Below are positions 1 through 10,081 of a DNA stretch of 64,000 nt, in pieces. The position numbers and the translations under genes were made by a program. The DNA comes from Nitrososphaeria archaeon (GTDB lineage Archaea; Thermoproteota; Nitrososphaeria; Nitrososphaerales; JAAOZN01), in contig JARVJZ010000001.1 in assembly GCA_029775855.1 (NCBI GenBank), positions 288,001-352,000 of the forward strand, in the 5' to 3' direction. The notes beneath the pieces were generated by a model. The model saw only the letters and a program-made list of their open reading frames with translations. It had not been told where the DNA came from and did not search any database. Position 1 is the first letter of the stretch, and every line of letters begins with the position of its first letter.

Positions 1-859
1 ATGTTAAGCCTTCTGATATCTTTTTGAATACCTCTAATCCTTCGTATGCTATTGCTGAGCCTATCTGTAGGGCTGAGGCGCCGGCTAAAAGGTATTCTAC
101 AGCGTCTCGCCAAGTAGCTATGCCGCCTGAGCCTATGAGAGGTATCTTAACATATTCGAAGATTTCATACACACATCTTAGAGATATTGGCTTCAGAGCC
201 TTCCCTGATAGACCACCTACTTTATTTGAAAGGATGGGTTTTGCTGCATCAACATCTATAGCCATCGCTCTGATTGTGTTGGTTGCGGTTATAGCGTCTG
301 CACCGGCCTTCTCAGCGGCCACTGCTACTTCAACGATGTTAGGTAGGTTTGGTGAAAGCTTAACATATACGGGTTTCTTGGAGACCTCTTTTACCCGCTT
401 AACTATCTTCTTAACCAACTTAGGGTCATGCCCAACCTCTAAACCTACACCTTTAACGTGTGGGCATGATAAGTTCAGCTCATAGGCTTTTACGTGGCTG
501 TGCTCAAAGATTTGAGCGAGTTTTGCAAATTCTTCTTCATTCTCAGCGAATAAGCTTACAACTATAGGTGTGCTCTGCTCTTTGATTCTCTTTAACTCTT
601 TTAGAAACGCTCTAGCGCCTTGGTTCGCCAAGCCTATTGCGTTAATATATCCGCATTCAACAGCTACTATAGTTGGGTTTCGATAGCCTTCTCTAGGTTT
701 TAGGCTTATCGACTTCGTCACAACCGCTCCGGCGCCAGCCTCTAGAGCCTTCATAATCAGCTCAGCCGATACGCCAAGTATTCCAGATGCGAGCATCAAA
801 GGGTTCTTTATCTTTAACCCCCTTAGATTTACTGTTATGTCAACCTCTACACTATTCAA
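1..859 (-). CDS. pyrD: Dihydroorotate dehydrogenase (family 1), 3' end runs off the window
   Basis: Not in the ORF track; my translation from TTG at 859 gives MNSVEVDITVNLRGLKIKNPLMLASGILG, then GAVVTKS, ELNLSCPH, VKLSPN, INT-like site (ATNT) and GGLSGKALKP motifs. Confidence 0.93.
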   Translation of the reverse strand, partial: MNSVEVDITVNLRGLKIKNPLMLASGILGVSAELIMKALEAGAGAVVTKSISLKPREGYRNPTIVAVECGYINAIGLANQGARAFLKELKRIKEQSTPIVVSLFAENEEEFAKLAQIFEHSHVKAYELNLSCPHVKGVGLEVGHDPKLVKKIVKRVKEVSKKPVYVKLSPNLPNIVEVAVAAEKAGADAITATNTIRAMAIDVDAAKPILSNKVGGLSGKALKPISLRCVYEIFEYVKIPLIGSGGIATWRDAVEYLLAGASALQIGSAIAYEGLEVFKKISEGLT

Positions 860-901
860 ATAGGTTCACCGTAGGTTTTTAACTACACATGTATAAGGAT
901 T

Positions 902-2113
902 GTGTGCAAGTGGTTGGATGTGGAGTCAACAATATTAGTAAGCGAAGCTGGATTGGTGCTGCTTGACGATAAGTTAAACCCCATATTTGCCAAACCCTAC
1001 AAAGAGGAGCCTCTTAACGCGTATAGGATGCTTCTCTTAGGGGAGACAAGCCCCACTCTAGAAGAGTTTTTGAAGGAGGCTACTGGTATCGGTGTGAGCA
1101 AGTTTAAGGTGGGAGAAGAAGGGTTAAGGGCCGCAATCGAATCATTAGGATACTCCTGTGTTGCATTAGATGAGTATGTAGCTGCCGAGCTCAAGGAGAA
1201 GAGACTCGAGCTGATGGTTAGCGCGGGGCTTGTGGAGAATGTTGCGAAGGCTGAGGAGCTTGTGCGCCAAGCAGCTATATATTTGGCTGAAGCGAAGATC
1301 AGAGAAGCCTCGGCTAAACCAGATCTACAGATAATTCAATCTATACAGACGCTAGATGAAGTGGATAAGGCAGTGAACATATTCACATCACGCCTAAAGG
1401 AGTGGTTTGGTCTACACTTTCCAGAGTTATCAGATATCTTAACCGAACCTGAAAGCTACATAGACTACATACTAACGGTAGGCTATAGACATCTAACAAA
1501 AGAGTTGGCTAGGAACCTAAAGTTGGCTGAAAAGAAGATTGAGATTATATTAGAAGCCTCAGAAAAGTCGAAAGGCGCAGACATTAGAGAAGAAGACTTG
1601 AATAGAATAAAGATGCTAGCCAAAGAAGTCAAAGACCTATACGCCCTAAGAAAATCCCTACAACGACACATAGAAGTAACTATGACAAGAATAGCACCAA
1701 ACCTAACAGCTTTAGCAGGCGCTACAATAGCAGCAAGGCTCATAGCGAAAGCAGGCGGCTTAGAGAAGTTAGCTAGGCTTCCAGCCAGCACCATTCAAGT
1801 TTTAGGGGCTGAAAAAGCACTTTTCAGAGCGCTGCGCACAGGCGCACCCCCACCTAAACACGGGCTCTTATTTCAGCATAAGCTAGTTCACTCAGCTCCA
1901 GCGTGGCAAAGAGGAAAGGTTGCTAGATCTCTTGCAGCAAAGATAGCGTTAGCAGCTAGAGTCGATGTTTATAGAGGGGAGAGGGATAAGAGGATCGACA
2001 CACACCTTGAAAAAAGGATAGAAGAGATCAAAGCAAAGTATCCAAAGGCTCCTAAATTCTCTAAACCAAAGGGAGCAAAGTATGGAGAGAAAAAGCATAG
2101 GAGAAGGAAGTAG
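902..2113 (+). CDS. nop5: C/D box methylation guide RNP subunit Nop5 (Nop56/58)
   Basis: EWFGLHFPEL, PASTIQVLGAEKALF, PKHGLLFQH Nop-domain motifs; Lys-rich tail; directly upstream of fibrillarin; true start may be GTG at 920. Confidence 0.96.
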   Translation: MCKWLDVESTILVSEAGLVLLDDKLNPIFAKPYKEEPLNAYRMLLLGETSPTLEEFLKEATGIGVSKFKVGEEGLRAAIESLGYSCVALDEYVAAELKEKRLELMVSAGLVENVAKAEELVRQAAIYLAEAKIREASAKPDLQIIQSIQTLDEVDKAVNIFTSRLKEWFGLHFPELSDILTEPESYIDYILTVGYRHLTKELARNLKLAEKKIEIILEASEKSKGADIREEDLNRIKMLAKEVKDLYALRKSLQRHIEVTMTRIAPNLTALAGATIAARLIAKAGGLEKLARLPASTIQVLGAEKALFRALRTGAPPPKHGLLFQHKLVHSAPAWQRGKVARSLAAKIALAARVDVYRGERDKRIDTHLEKRIEEIKAKYPKAPKFSKPKGAKYGEKKHRRRK

Positions 2114-2765
2114 AATCATAAGATTAGAAGTCGATGGGCAGATTAGACTAGCAACCCAAAACTTAGCCCCAAACATAAGCGTCTACGGAGAGAAGCTCAT
2201 AGTGGTTGATGGGCAAGAATATAGAGTCTGGGACCCCTTTAGAAGCAAGTTGGCAGCAGCCATACTTAAGGGCCTTAAGGATATCGGCTTAAAAGAAGGG
2301 TACCGCGTCCTCTACCTAGGTGCGTCAACAGGCACAACCCTAAGCCACATATCAGACATAGTAGGTGAAAGAGGAGTAGTTTTTGGTGTTGAATTCTCAG
2401 CTAGAGTAGCACGAGAGCTTATAGAGCATGTAGCTAAATATAGGAAAAATGTTGTGCCTATAGTGGCTGATGCTAGGCACCCAAGATCATATCCTTCAAT
2501 ATATGGTAAAGTCGACTTAGTATATTGTGATATAGCTCAGCCAGACCAGACAAATATAGCGGTTGAAAACTGCAGAGTTCACCTCAAAAAGGAGGGAAGC
2601 CTTATGCTGATAGTAAAGTGTAGAAGCATAGATGTAGCCATGGAGCCTTCGCTCATAGTGAAGCAAGAGGTAGCCAAACTTAAGGAAAACGGATTTAAGA
2701 TCAACCAAGTCATTGAGCTAGAGCCTTTCGACAAAGATCACGCATTGATACACGCAACTCAATAA
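2082..2765 (+). CDS. flpA: Fibrillarin-like rRNA/tRNA 2'-O-methyltransferase
   Basis: EYRVWDPFRSKLAA, VLYLGASTGTTLSHISD, DIAQPDQ, LEPFDKDH. Confidence 0.97.
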   Translation: MERKSIGEGSRIIRLEVDGQIRLATQNLAPNISVYGEKLIVVDGQEYRVWDPFRSKLAAAILKGLKDIGLKEGYRVLYLGASTGTTLSHISDIVGERGVVFGVEFSARVARELIEHVAKYRKNVVPIVADARHPRSYPSIYGKVDLVYCDIAQPDQTNIAVENCRVHLKKEGSLMLIVKCRSIDVAMEPSLIVKQEVAKLKENGFKINQVIELEPFDKDHALIHATQ

Positions 2766-2784
2766 ACAAAGAAAAAGTCTTAAG

Positions 2785-3207
2785 GTGAGTGAATATACTC
2801 TCTTAGGAGATAGGAATTTGATTAAAGTTAGAGAAATTATGGTCTCACCCGTAATAACAATCGACTCAGAGGCGACCGTTGAAGAAGCTTGCAGAATAAT
2901 GGGTGAAAAACACATAGGCAGCGTAATCATAACAGAAGCCGGAAAGCCATCTGGAATCTTCACTGAAAGAGACCTCTTAACAAAGATCCTACTAAACGAC
3001 CACAGCCTAATGAAGGAGAAAGTTAAGAAATTCATGAGCAGCCCACTAACAGTCATCACACCAGACTTCGACTTAAGAGAGGCTGCTAGGATTATGACAC
3101 AGCTCAAGATAAGAAGGCTGCCGGTTGTGCACATGGATCAGCTCGTCGGTATAATAACCTCAGCAGACATAACCCGCGCAATAGGAGAGAACCCCTTAAA
3201 CATATAG
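2785..3207 (+). CDS. Tandem CBS-domain protein
   Basis: Two CBS repeats (GIFTERD, RRLPVV...GIITSAD). Confidence 0.9.
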   Translation: MSEYTLLGDRNLIKVREIMVSPVITIDSEATVEEACRIMGEKHIGSVIITEAGKPSGIFTERDLLTKILLNDHSLMKEKVKKFMSSPLTVITPDFDLREAARIMTQLKIRRLPVVHMDQLVGIITSADITRAIGENPLNI

Positions 3208-3219
3208 GGAGAGTCAACA

Positions 3220-3417
3220 TTGAGCAAAGAATTAAAGATTGCTAGATGTGTCGAATGCGGACGCATTATACCAAGTGATGAAGCATCTTGGAGAGTCTGC
3301 TCTATGTGCGGAGACAGCATATGCCTCGAACACACATATTATATGCGTGTAAAGCGCACGGGGCTCTACGACATCTATTATGATGTTGTTAGGGTCTGCA
3401 AGAAGTGTAAGATCTAA
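3220..3417 (+). CDS. Small Cys-rich double zinc-finger protein, unknown function
   Basis: 65 aa with CxxC, CxxC, CxxH, CxxC; GGGAG RBS-like sequence upstream; same strand, 12 nt after the CBS gene. Confidence 0.7.
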   Translation: MSKELKIARCVECGRIIPSDEASWRVCSMCGDSICLEHTYYMRVKRTGLYDIYYDVVRVCKKCKI

Positions 3418-4175
3418 GGCTTCTTAGATAAGAATGCTCTTAAACCCTCTTGAGCCTCTGGGCTACTTACCACTAAGTTAAAGGCAGCCCGCTCTAAAGT
3501 TTGAAGTGTTTCCCTATCAGAGTCCATGGATTGGTTTACAACCTGCTTTATTAGGCGAAGTGCAAAGCCGCTCTTTGTAGCGATCTTCTGAGCCAACCCC
3601 ATAGCTGCTTCTTCAAGCTTCTCAGGCGGCACAACGGTATTCACAAGCCCAGCTTCAAGAGCACGCTTAGCATCCCACCTATCTCCAGTATACAGAAGCT
3701 CCTTAGCACGCCTCAACCCAATAACACGAGGCAGCCTCATAGTGGAGCCGCCACCAGGCATAAGACCACGGTTGATATGCTCATCACCAAAGATAGCCTG
3801 CTCCGAAGCGACTACAAGGTCACAACATAGCGTCAATTCAAGCCCGCCAGCAAGAGCATAGCCATTCACAGCAGCAATAACAGGTTTATCGCAACACTCA
3901 AGCCTAAACAAAAACTCATCTAAGCTTTGAATGTAATCATATAGATCTTTTTGACTCGCTTGAGCCATAAACTTTAGGTCAGCACCAGCGCAAAAGGCTC
4001 TACCGGAACCAGTCAAAACAAGAACCTTGATCTGCGGATCCTGCTCTATATCTTTTAATGCTTGCCTCAATTCGTTGATTAATGTTGGGCTTAGAGCATT
4101 CAATGCTTCAGGTCTATTCAGCGTGATCTTAGCAACTGGAGGCTTCTTCTCTAGAATTATCTGTGTAAATGACAT
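3414..4175 (-). CDS. Enoyl-CoA hydratase/isomerase (crotonase) family protein
   Basis: LNRPEALNAL, AFCAGADL, AVNGYALAGGLEL, PGGGSTMRLPR. Confidence 0.93.
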   Translation of the reverse strand: MSFTQIILEKKPPVAKITLNRPEALNALSPTLINELRQALKDIEQDPQIKVLVLTGSGRAFCAGADLKFMAQASQKDLYDYIQSLDEFLFRLECCDKPVIAAVNGYALAGGLELTLCCDLVVASEQAIFGDEHINRGLMPGGGSTMRLPRVIGLRRAKELLYTGDRWDAKRALEAGLVNTVVPPEKLEEAAMGLAQKIATKSGFALRLIKQVVNQSMDSDRETLQTLERAAFNLVVSSPEAQEGLRAFLSKKP

Positions 4176-4258
4176 AATTATCTGCTTCGCTTAACGCTCT
4201 CTTAAGGTTTTTGTAAACCACTCTTTTAATATATCTGAAGATAAACCATAGGTGAGCG

Positions 4259-5356
4259 TTGCCTGAGCGGGTAATAATGCAAGTTGACTTAGATTACTTT
4301 TATGCCCAATGTGAAGAAGTTAGGGATCCTTCTCTTAAGAACAAACCTGTAGTCGTCTGCATCTACTCTGGAAGAGGAGAAGACAGCGGCGCAGTCTCAA
4401 CATCTAACTATGTAGCGAGAAGATACGGGGTTCGCTCAGGCATGCCTATTACGAAGGCTAAGCAGCTACTCAAAAACGCTGAAGCGGTCTTCTTAAAAGC
4501 AGACTTAGACTACTACGACGAAGTTTCCAGAAGAGTGATGAATATACTCAGAAAATACGCTGACAAATTCGAAGAAGTAAGTGTAGACGAAGCATACCTA
4601 GATGTAACGGAGAGGGCAAAAGGGGACTATGAAGCCGCAAGAGAGTTAGCGTCAAAGATAAAAAATGAGATAAAAGAAACTGAAAATCTAACATGCTCAA
4701 TAGGCATAGGGCCAAACAAGGTTATAGCAAAGATGGCTTCAGACTACCAGAAGCCAAACGGGCTTACAGTAGTCAAACCTACTGAAGCTTTTGAATTCAT
4801 ATCTAAGATGGCTGTCGACAAACTCCCTGGGGTAGGCGCTAAAACTAGGAAGATACTTGAGGAGATGGGTGTAAAGACGATAGGAGAACTCGCTAAGCAA
4901 GACCCTCAGAAACTTGTCTCAAGATTCGGCAGAAAACTTGGAAACTACCTTTACAACGCTGCAAACGGTAGGGATGATGAGCCAGTGAAAGAGAGGCTTG
5001 AACCCACCCAATTCAGCAGAATCGTAACCTTAAAGCAAGACCTCCAGAAGGTTGATGAAATCGAGAAGTATATTGATGAGATCTGCCGAGACCTTTACAC
5101 TCGAGTTTCATCCCAAGGATACATCTTTAAGAGTGTTGGGGTAATGTGTGTCAGTGACACACTTGCGGCATATACGCGCAGCGAAACATACGAGCATCCT
5201 TTAGACAGCTACGAAGCACTAAGATCGGCATCCACTACACTCTTATCTAGATTACTTGAAGAAGAAAAGATAAAGATAAGGAGGGTTGGGGTTAAGGTTT
5301 CAGATCTTGTGAAGAAGAGTGGTCAGAAGACACTTTACGACTTCATAACACCTTAG
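4259..5356 (+). CDS. dinB: Y-family DNA polymerase IV (DinB/Dbh)
   Basis: VDLDYFYAQCE, NYVARRYGV, SVDEAYLD, AKMASDYQKPNG, C-terminal PIP box QKTLYDF. Confidence 0.95.
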   Translation: MPERVIMQVDLDYFYAQCEEVRDPSLKNKPVVVCIYSGRGEDSGAVSTSNYVARRYGVRSGMPITKAKQLLKNAEAVFLKADLDYYDEVSRRVMNILRKYADKFEEVSVDEAYLDVTERAKGDYEAARELASKIKNEIKETENLTCSIGIGPNKVIAKMASDYQKPNGLTVVKPTEAFEFISKMAVDKLPGVGAKTRKILEEMGVKTIGELAKQDPQKLVSRFGRKLGNYLYNAANGRDDEPVKERLEPTQFSRIVTLKQDLQKVDEIEKYIDEICRDLYTRVSSQGYIFKSVGVMCVSDTLAAYTRSETYEHPLDSYEALRSASTTLLSRLLEEEKIKIRRVGVKVSDLVKKSGQKTLYDFITP

Positions 5357-5778
5357 GGCTGAGTAATCTTTATCGCTTGAACTGGGCACTGCACTTCACA
5401 AGCCATGCAGAAGATGCAGTCTTGCTCTCTCACCGGGTCGGACTTATCTGTCCTAAATTTTGCATGAAGTTCACCTTCTAGAGGCCATTTATCTTTTCCT
5501 GTACCAGCTTGCCCTTCGTTTAGAGCCCATTCGAAGACGTTGACTGGGCAAACATCCATACATATACCATCTGCGATGCAGCAGTCCCAGTCTACTGCTA
5601 CTTGTGTGCCGTGTATTCCGAGCTTTGTCGGGTAGGGGTTGCCGTCTCCATCTACTCTCTGTTTACCTTCAGCCCTAACCTTATGCCCTTTATGCTCGCC
5701 AGTAATGGGATACTCGTCACTCTTCTTGAGGAAGTCAGCATCTATTGGCTTGGGTTTGAAGTCAACTTCTCTTACCAT
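5353..5778 (-). CDS. zfx: Zinc-containing 7Fe ferredoxin (Zfx-type)
   Basis: Start reassigned to ATG at 5778; Zn-ligand motifs EHKGHKV, LGIHG, KSDP; clusters CIADGICMDVCP and CIFCMACEVQCP as in Sulfolobales/Thermoplasma Zfx. Confidence 0.88.
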   Translation of the reverse strand: MVREVDFKPKPIDADFLKKSDEYPITGEHKGHKVRAEGKQRVDGDGNPYPTKLGIHGTQVAVDWDCCIADGICMDVCPVNVFEWALNEGQAGTGKDKWPLEGELHAKFRTDKSDPVREQDCIFCMACEVQCPVQAIKITQP

Positions 5779-5929
5779 TCCTATCTCGAATAAAGATTCA
5801 ACGAAGATGTGTAAATATTTTTCTGCTAATCTGTTAGAGAAAATGCATAAACAGAAGGAGACTATGCATCTCAACGAGCACGAACTTAAGCGGTAAACGC
5901 TTATACTAAATCCCTCATATGCTAAGGGT

Positions 5930-6778
5930 GTGCAGAGCCTTAAAATAGGTTTCCACGTCTCAATATCCGGCTCAATAGATCTGGCTGTGGATAGGGCTAA
6001 GGAGGCGGGATGCACAGCCTTCCAGATCTTCTTAAAGAATCCAAGAGGATGGTCTTACAAACCGCTTCGCGAAGAAGAAGCGGCGCTTTTCGTAAAGAAG
6101 TGTGAAAAGTTTGGATACAGCGAGCTTTTGGCTCATATGCCTTATCTGCCTAACTTAGCATCACCTAATGATGGGATATACAAAAAATCTTTTAACTGTT
6201 TAGTTGAGGATCTTGTGAGGGCGGGTAGGCTTAGAATTCCATATCTTGTGCTGCATCTTGGAAGCCACATGGGTTCAGGAGAAGAGGCTGGTGTAAAGAG
6301 GATTGTAGAGGCTTGTAGAACCGCTCTTAATACCGTGGGTAACAAGGTTATGTTGCTGCTTGAGAACACAGCTGGGCAAAAGAATAGCATAGGTTCAAGG
6401 TTTAAGGATCTTAGAAGGATAATGGATGAGATAGGTGAGTATAGTAGGGTAGGGATATGCTTCGACACTTGCCACGCTTATGCTGCTGGTTATGACCTTA
6501 GAACAGAGAAAGCTGTGTCTGAGACATTACATCAACTTGACAAAGAGGTAGGCTTCGAACACGTAAAAAGCATACACTTAAACGACTCTGTAGGCGAACT
6601 CGGCTCACATCTAGATAGGCACGAGCATATAGGCTTAGGCAAGATAGGGGAGAATGGGATGAAAGCCATACTACACACACCAGAAATCAGAAAACTACCA
6701 ATAGTGATGGAGACACCAGTCGATAAAAGAAGAGACGATAGAGGAAACCTAATGAAAGCACTTGAACTAGCAACTTAA
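5930..6778 (+). CDS. nfo: Endonuclease IV (AP endonuclease family 2)
   Basis: GFHVSISG, HMPYLPNLAS, LENTAGQ, CFDTCHAYAAG, HLNDS, DRHEHIG. Confidence 0.95.
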   Translation: MQSLKIGFHVSISGSIDLAVDRAKEAGCTAFQIFLKNPRGWSYKPLREEEAALFVKKCEKFGYSELLAHMPYLPNLASPNDGIYKKSFNCLVEDLVRAGRLRIPYLVLHLGSHMGSGEEAGVKRIVEACRTALNTVGNKVMLLLENTAGQKNSIGSRFKDLRRIMDEIGEYSRVGICFDTCHAYAAGYDLRTEKAVSETLHQLDKEVGFEHVKSIHLNDSVGELGSHLDRHEHIGLGKIGENGMKAILHTPEIRKLPIVMETPVDKRRDDRGNLMKALELAT

Positions 6779-6823
6779 AAACTACACTTATGTATCCCTC
6801 AGATAAACCTAAGTGTAGAGCGC

Positions 6824-6908
6824 GCGGGGGTTGCCAAGCCAGGTCAAAGGCGCGAGGCTTAGAACCTCGTCCCATAGGGGTTCGTGGGTTCAAATCCCAC
6901 CCCCCGCA
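6824..6908 (+). tRNA. tRNA-Leu (anticodon TAG), intron-less, CCA not encoded
   Basis: Acceptor stem GCGGGGG/CCCCCGC, anticodon arm CGAGG-CTTAGAA-CCTCG, long variable arm, GTTCAAATC T-loop, discriminator A. Confidence 0.95.
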
Positions 6909-7048
6909 CTTTACAAGTAGTTTTAGTAGTAGAGGCTAATGCTACTATCCAGCAGAAAATCTGATAATGTAAACCCATCTTAACATCATAGTTAATGCTG
7001 GATAAATGCTTATATTCTGTCTTAAGGTTGGTCTGTCAAGGGAAATCG

Positions 7049-8428
7049 GTGCCGAAAGAGAAGTATGATGTAATCATCGTTGGTGCGAGCCCAGCTGGCA
7101 TATTTGCAGCACTCGAGTTAACAAGAAAGTCAGATCTAAGTGTGCTTATAATCGATAAGGGCAGAGATATCTCTCAACGCCAACACCAAGGCGAAGCGCT
7201 GATATCAGGTTGGGGCGGCGCAGGCGCATTCAGCGACGGTAAACTTAACTTCTCCACAACTTCAGGAGGCTGGCTTAGAGAATATGTTGGGGTTGAGCGG
7301 CTGAAGGCTCTTATGAATGAAGTGGACAAGATCTATCTTGAATTCGGCGCATCAAACCAAGTATATGGCTTGGATATGGATGAGATAGGGCATATTGCGA
7401 GAAAAGCAGCTTTCGCAGGCTTAAAGCTACTCCCGTTCAAGATACGCCACTTAGGCTCAGATATGGCGCCACTTATACTGCAGAGGATGAAGAAGGCTTT
7501 AGAGGAGAGAGCCGACATAATGCTTGAAACTGAAGTAACCAAGATTCTGACTTCAAACAGCGTTGTAAGCGGTGTCGAGTTAAAAAGCGGCGAAAAGATC
7601 TACGCTGACTATGTTATCGTAGCCGCTGGGAGGGCTGGTGCAAGCTGGCTTAGGCAAGAAGCAGCTAGGCTTGGGATAAAGTTGATGGCTAACCCAGTAG
7701 ATATAGGGGTGAGGGTCGAGGTTCCAGCAGCGATCATGCAGGAGATTACAGATGTTCTCTACGAACCTAAGTTCCTCTTCTACTCAAAGTCTTTTGATGA
7801 TCGAGTTAGGACTTTCTGCGTCTGCCCAAACGGCTTCGTCGTCCCAGAGTATACCGATGATCTTATAACTGTAAACGGGCATAGCTATCTAAATAAGAAG
7901 AGCGACAACACAAACTTCGCCCTTCTCGTAAGCACCAAGTTCACAGAACCATTCAACGACCCAATAGCGTATGGCAAATACATAGCGAAGCTCGCCAACC
8001 TCCTAGTAGGAGGCGTTATGGTTCAGAGGTTAGCAGACCTAGATGAAGGTCGAAGATCGACCGCTGAAAGGCTGGCGAAGAGCATAGTAGAACCAACATA
8101 CAAGGACGCGAAGCCAGGAGATTTGAGCTTCGTCTTACCAGCAAGATACCTAATAGGCATAAAGGAGATGCTCCAAGCCCTAGACAAAGTTACGCCCGGA
8201 GTGTATAGTAAGCACACACTATTGTATGGTGTTGAGGTGAAGTTCTACTCCTCAAGGCTTGAGTTGAGCAGCTGCTTAGAAACGAAGATAAAGAACTTCT
8301 TTGCGATAGGAGACGGCGCCGGCATCACACGCGGCTTGGTTCAATCTTCAGCCTCTGGCTTAATAGCTGCAAGAGAAGTTCTTGCTAGACACGGAATAGA
8401 TGCTGAGGGCAAGGGCTTAGGTATTTAA
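7049..8428 (+). CDS. FAD/NAD(P)-dependent oxidoreductase (COG2509-like)
   Basis: DVIIVGASPAG, GWGGAGAFSDGKL, VRTFCVCPNG, GDGAGITRG; start set at GTG 7049 (ORF track extends to 6995). Confidence 0.85.
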   Translation: MPKEKYDVIIVGASPAGIFAALELTRKSDLSVLIIDKGRDISQRQHQGEALISGWGGAGAFSDGKLNFSTTSGGWLREYVGVERLKALMNEVDKIYLEFGASNQVYGLDMDEIGHIARKAAFAGLKLLPFKIRHLGSDMAPLILQRMKKALEERADIMLETEVTKILTSNSVVSGVELKSGEKIYADYVIVAAGRAGASWLRQEAARLGIKLMANPVDIGVRVEVPAAIMQEITDVLYEPKFLFYSKSFDDRVRTFCVCPNGFVVPEYTDDLITVNGHSYLNKKSDNTNFALLVSTKFTEPFNDPIAYGKYIAKLANLLVGGVMVQRLADLDEGRRSTAERLAKSIVEPTYKDAKPGDLSFVLPARYLIGIKEMLQALDKVTPGVYSKHTLLYGVEVKFYSSRLELSSCLETKIKNFFAIGDGAGITRGLVQSSASGLIAAREVLARHGIDAEGKGLGI

Positions 8429-8454
8429 ACTCCAAATCTCTACACCTTCAGCTA

Positions 8455-9330
8455 TTGATGCCAGAAGAACTTAGCGTAATAGAAACATCCGATGAAGTAG
8501 TTTACTCAGCATACAGAGCGCGACGCAGAGATTCGAGGAAAGGTGAGAATGGACGAGTTCTTGTAGTAGGCGGGAGCTACCTATACCACGGGGCTCCTCT
8601 ACTCTCAGCATTAGGTGCATCTAAAGTAGGAGTAGATTTAGTCTACCTTGCTGTGCCGAAGGTAATATCTACACCTATAAGAGCGTACTCACCTACATTC
8701 ATAGTCTTACCTCTACCAGACTCAAAGCTCACCGTAGGGTGCGTAAACAAGCTTCTAAAGTGGCTTCCCGAAGTAGATGCTGCAGTAATAGGCCCAGGTT
8801 TAGGTAAGCAGAAGGTCGATGGCGCACAGAAGCTCGTAAGAGAACTTGCCTTCAAGGGTGTAAAGGTTGTGCTAGATGCTGACGCTCTTAGAAGCGAAGT
8901 AACCCAAGAAGTGTCTGGTAGGCTTAGTGTTCTTACACCACACCAAGGAGAATTCAAAAGAATCTTCAACAAAGATTTAGAACAAGAATTGGAGAAGAGA
9001 GCTTTAACCCTAAAAGAAGCTGCGTCGCAATCTAAGACAACCATCCTCCTAAAAGGGGCGGTAGATGTGATCTCAGACGGATCTAAAGTCGCCTTCAACA
9101 AAACAGGCACACCAGCCATGACCGTAGGAGGCACAGGAGATGTATTAGCTGGTGTGGTAGCGGCGTTCCTTGCTTTAGGAGCAGAGCCTTTTGCTGCTGC
9201 TGCAGCCGGAGCGTATATCAATGGTTTAGCTGGTGAACTTGCGGCTCAAGAACTTGGTCTTCATATCTCAGCTATTGATGTTGCTGAGAAGATACCGTAT
9301 GTGCTTAAACGCTTCGACCGAGTAAGATGA
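8455..9330 (+). CDS. nnrD: ADP-dependent NAD(P)H-hydrate dehydratase
   Basis: KGENGRVLVVGGS, IGPGLG, VLDADAL, LTPHQGEF, GGTGDVLAG. Confidence 0.92.
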   Translation: MMPEELSVIETSDEVVYSAYRARRRDSRKGENGRVLVVGGSYLYHGAPLLSALGASKVGVDLVYLAVPKVISTPIRAYSPTFIVLPLPDSKLTVGCVNKLLKWLPEVDAAVIGPGLGKQKVDGAQKLVRELAFKGVKVVLDADALRSEVTQEVSGRLSVLTPHQGEFKRIFNKDLEQELEKRALTLKEAASQSKTTILLKGAVDVISDGSKVAFNKTGTPAMTVGGTGDVLAGVVAAFLALGAEPFAAAAAGAYINGLAGELAAQELGLHISAIDVAEKIPYVLKRFDRVR

Positions 9331-9336
9331 TTTGGT

Positions 9337-10044
9337 TTGCCCAGATATGGGCTAGGCTTATTTTGGCATAAAATAGAGGATGCACTTAAGAGTCTGATAC
9401 CAGTTTACGATAAGGTGAATAGAGTAATCTCCTTAGGGCAGGATATTAGGTTTAGGCGCTTGGGTGTAATTAAGGCAATACGCGGTGAGGATCTTATAGT
9501 GCTTGACGCTGGCTGTGGACCCGGCACACTGACTGACCTTATCCTTAAGCAAACCGATTATATAAAGCAGATTATACTTCTTGACCCTATTAGAGCGATG
9601 CTTAATCAGTCAAAGCGTAGGCTAAATGATGAGAGAACATACTTTGTGCAAGCGGTCTTTGAATACCTTCCCTTCAAAAACGAAGTTTTCGATGCGGTTG
9701 TTAGCGCCTTTGCATTAAGAGATGCCTTCGACCTCTCTTCAGCCATCTCTGAGATTAGCCGTGTTGTTAAAACTGTTGGCGGTAGGCTGCTCATAGTGGA
9801 TCTAGGTAAACCCGAAAATATGCTGCTTCAGGCTGCCATAGGTGTTTATTGGAGAATATTTGCACCACTTTTGGCTTTAGCGTACATCGGCAGATACGGG
9901 AGCATTTACCGTCTCCTCTATTTAACATATGTTAAGCTGCCTACTAACCCAGCTTTGAAGAGGATGATTAAAAGATTCTTTAAATATGTTGACCTAGAAG
10001 AGAAGTTAGTAGGCGGAGTAGTCATTCTTATAGCAAAGAATTAA
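9337..10044 (+). CDS. Class I SAM-dependent methyltransferase (UbiE/MenG-like)
   Basis: YDKVNRVISLGQD, VLDAGCGPG, LPFKNEVFD, AFALRD. Confidence 0.8.
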   Translation: MPRYGLGLFWHKIEDALKSLIPVYDKVNRVISLGQDIRFRRLGVIKAIRGEDLIVLDAGCGPGTLTDLILKQTDYIKQIILLDPIRAMLNQSKRRLNDERTYFVQAVFEYLPFKNEVFDAVVSAFALRDAFDLSSAISEISRVVKTVGGRLLIVDLGKPENMLLQAAIGVYWRIFAPLLALAYIGRYGSIYRLLYLTYVKLPTNPALKRMIKRFFKYVDLEEKLVGGVVILIAKN

Positions 10045-10081
10045 CCTCAACCTCTAATGAGGATACAAGAAAACTAAAAGA

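Noticed and set aside
24-485. 153-aa + strand ORF
   Set aside because: Antisense shadow of pyrD, which has clear motifs on the minus strand
5779-6015. N-terminal extension of the ferredoxin ORF
   Set aside because: Crosses the divergent promoter region and overlaps nfo; the real protein starts at 5778
6824-6908. tRNA as integration site of a mobile element
   Set aside because: No integrase nearby and no duplicated tRNA 3' end seen in the window
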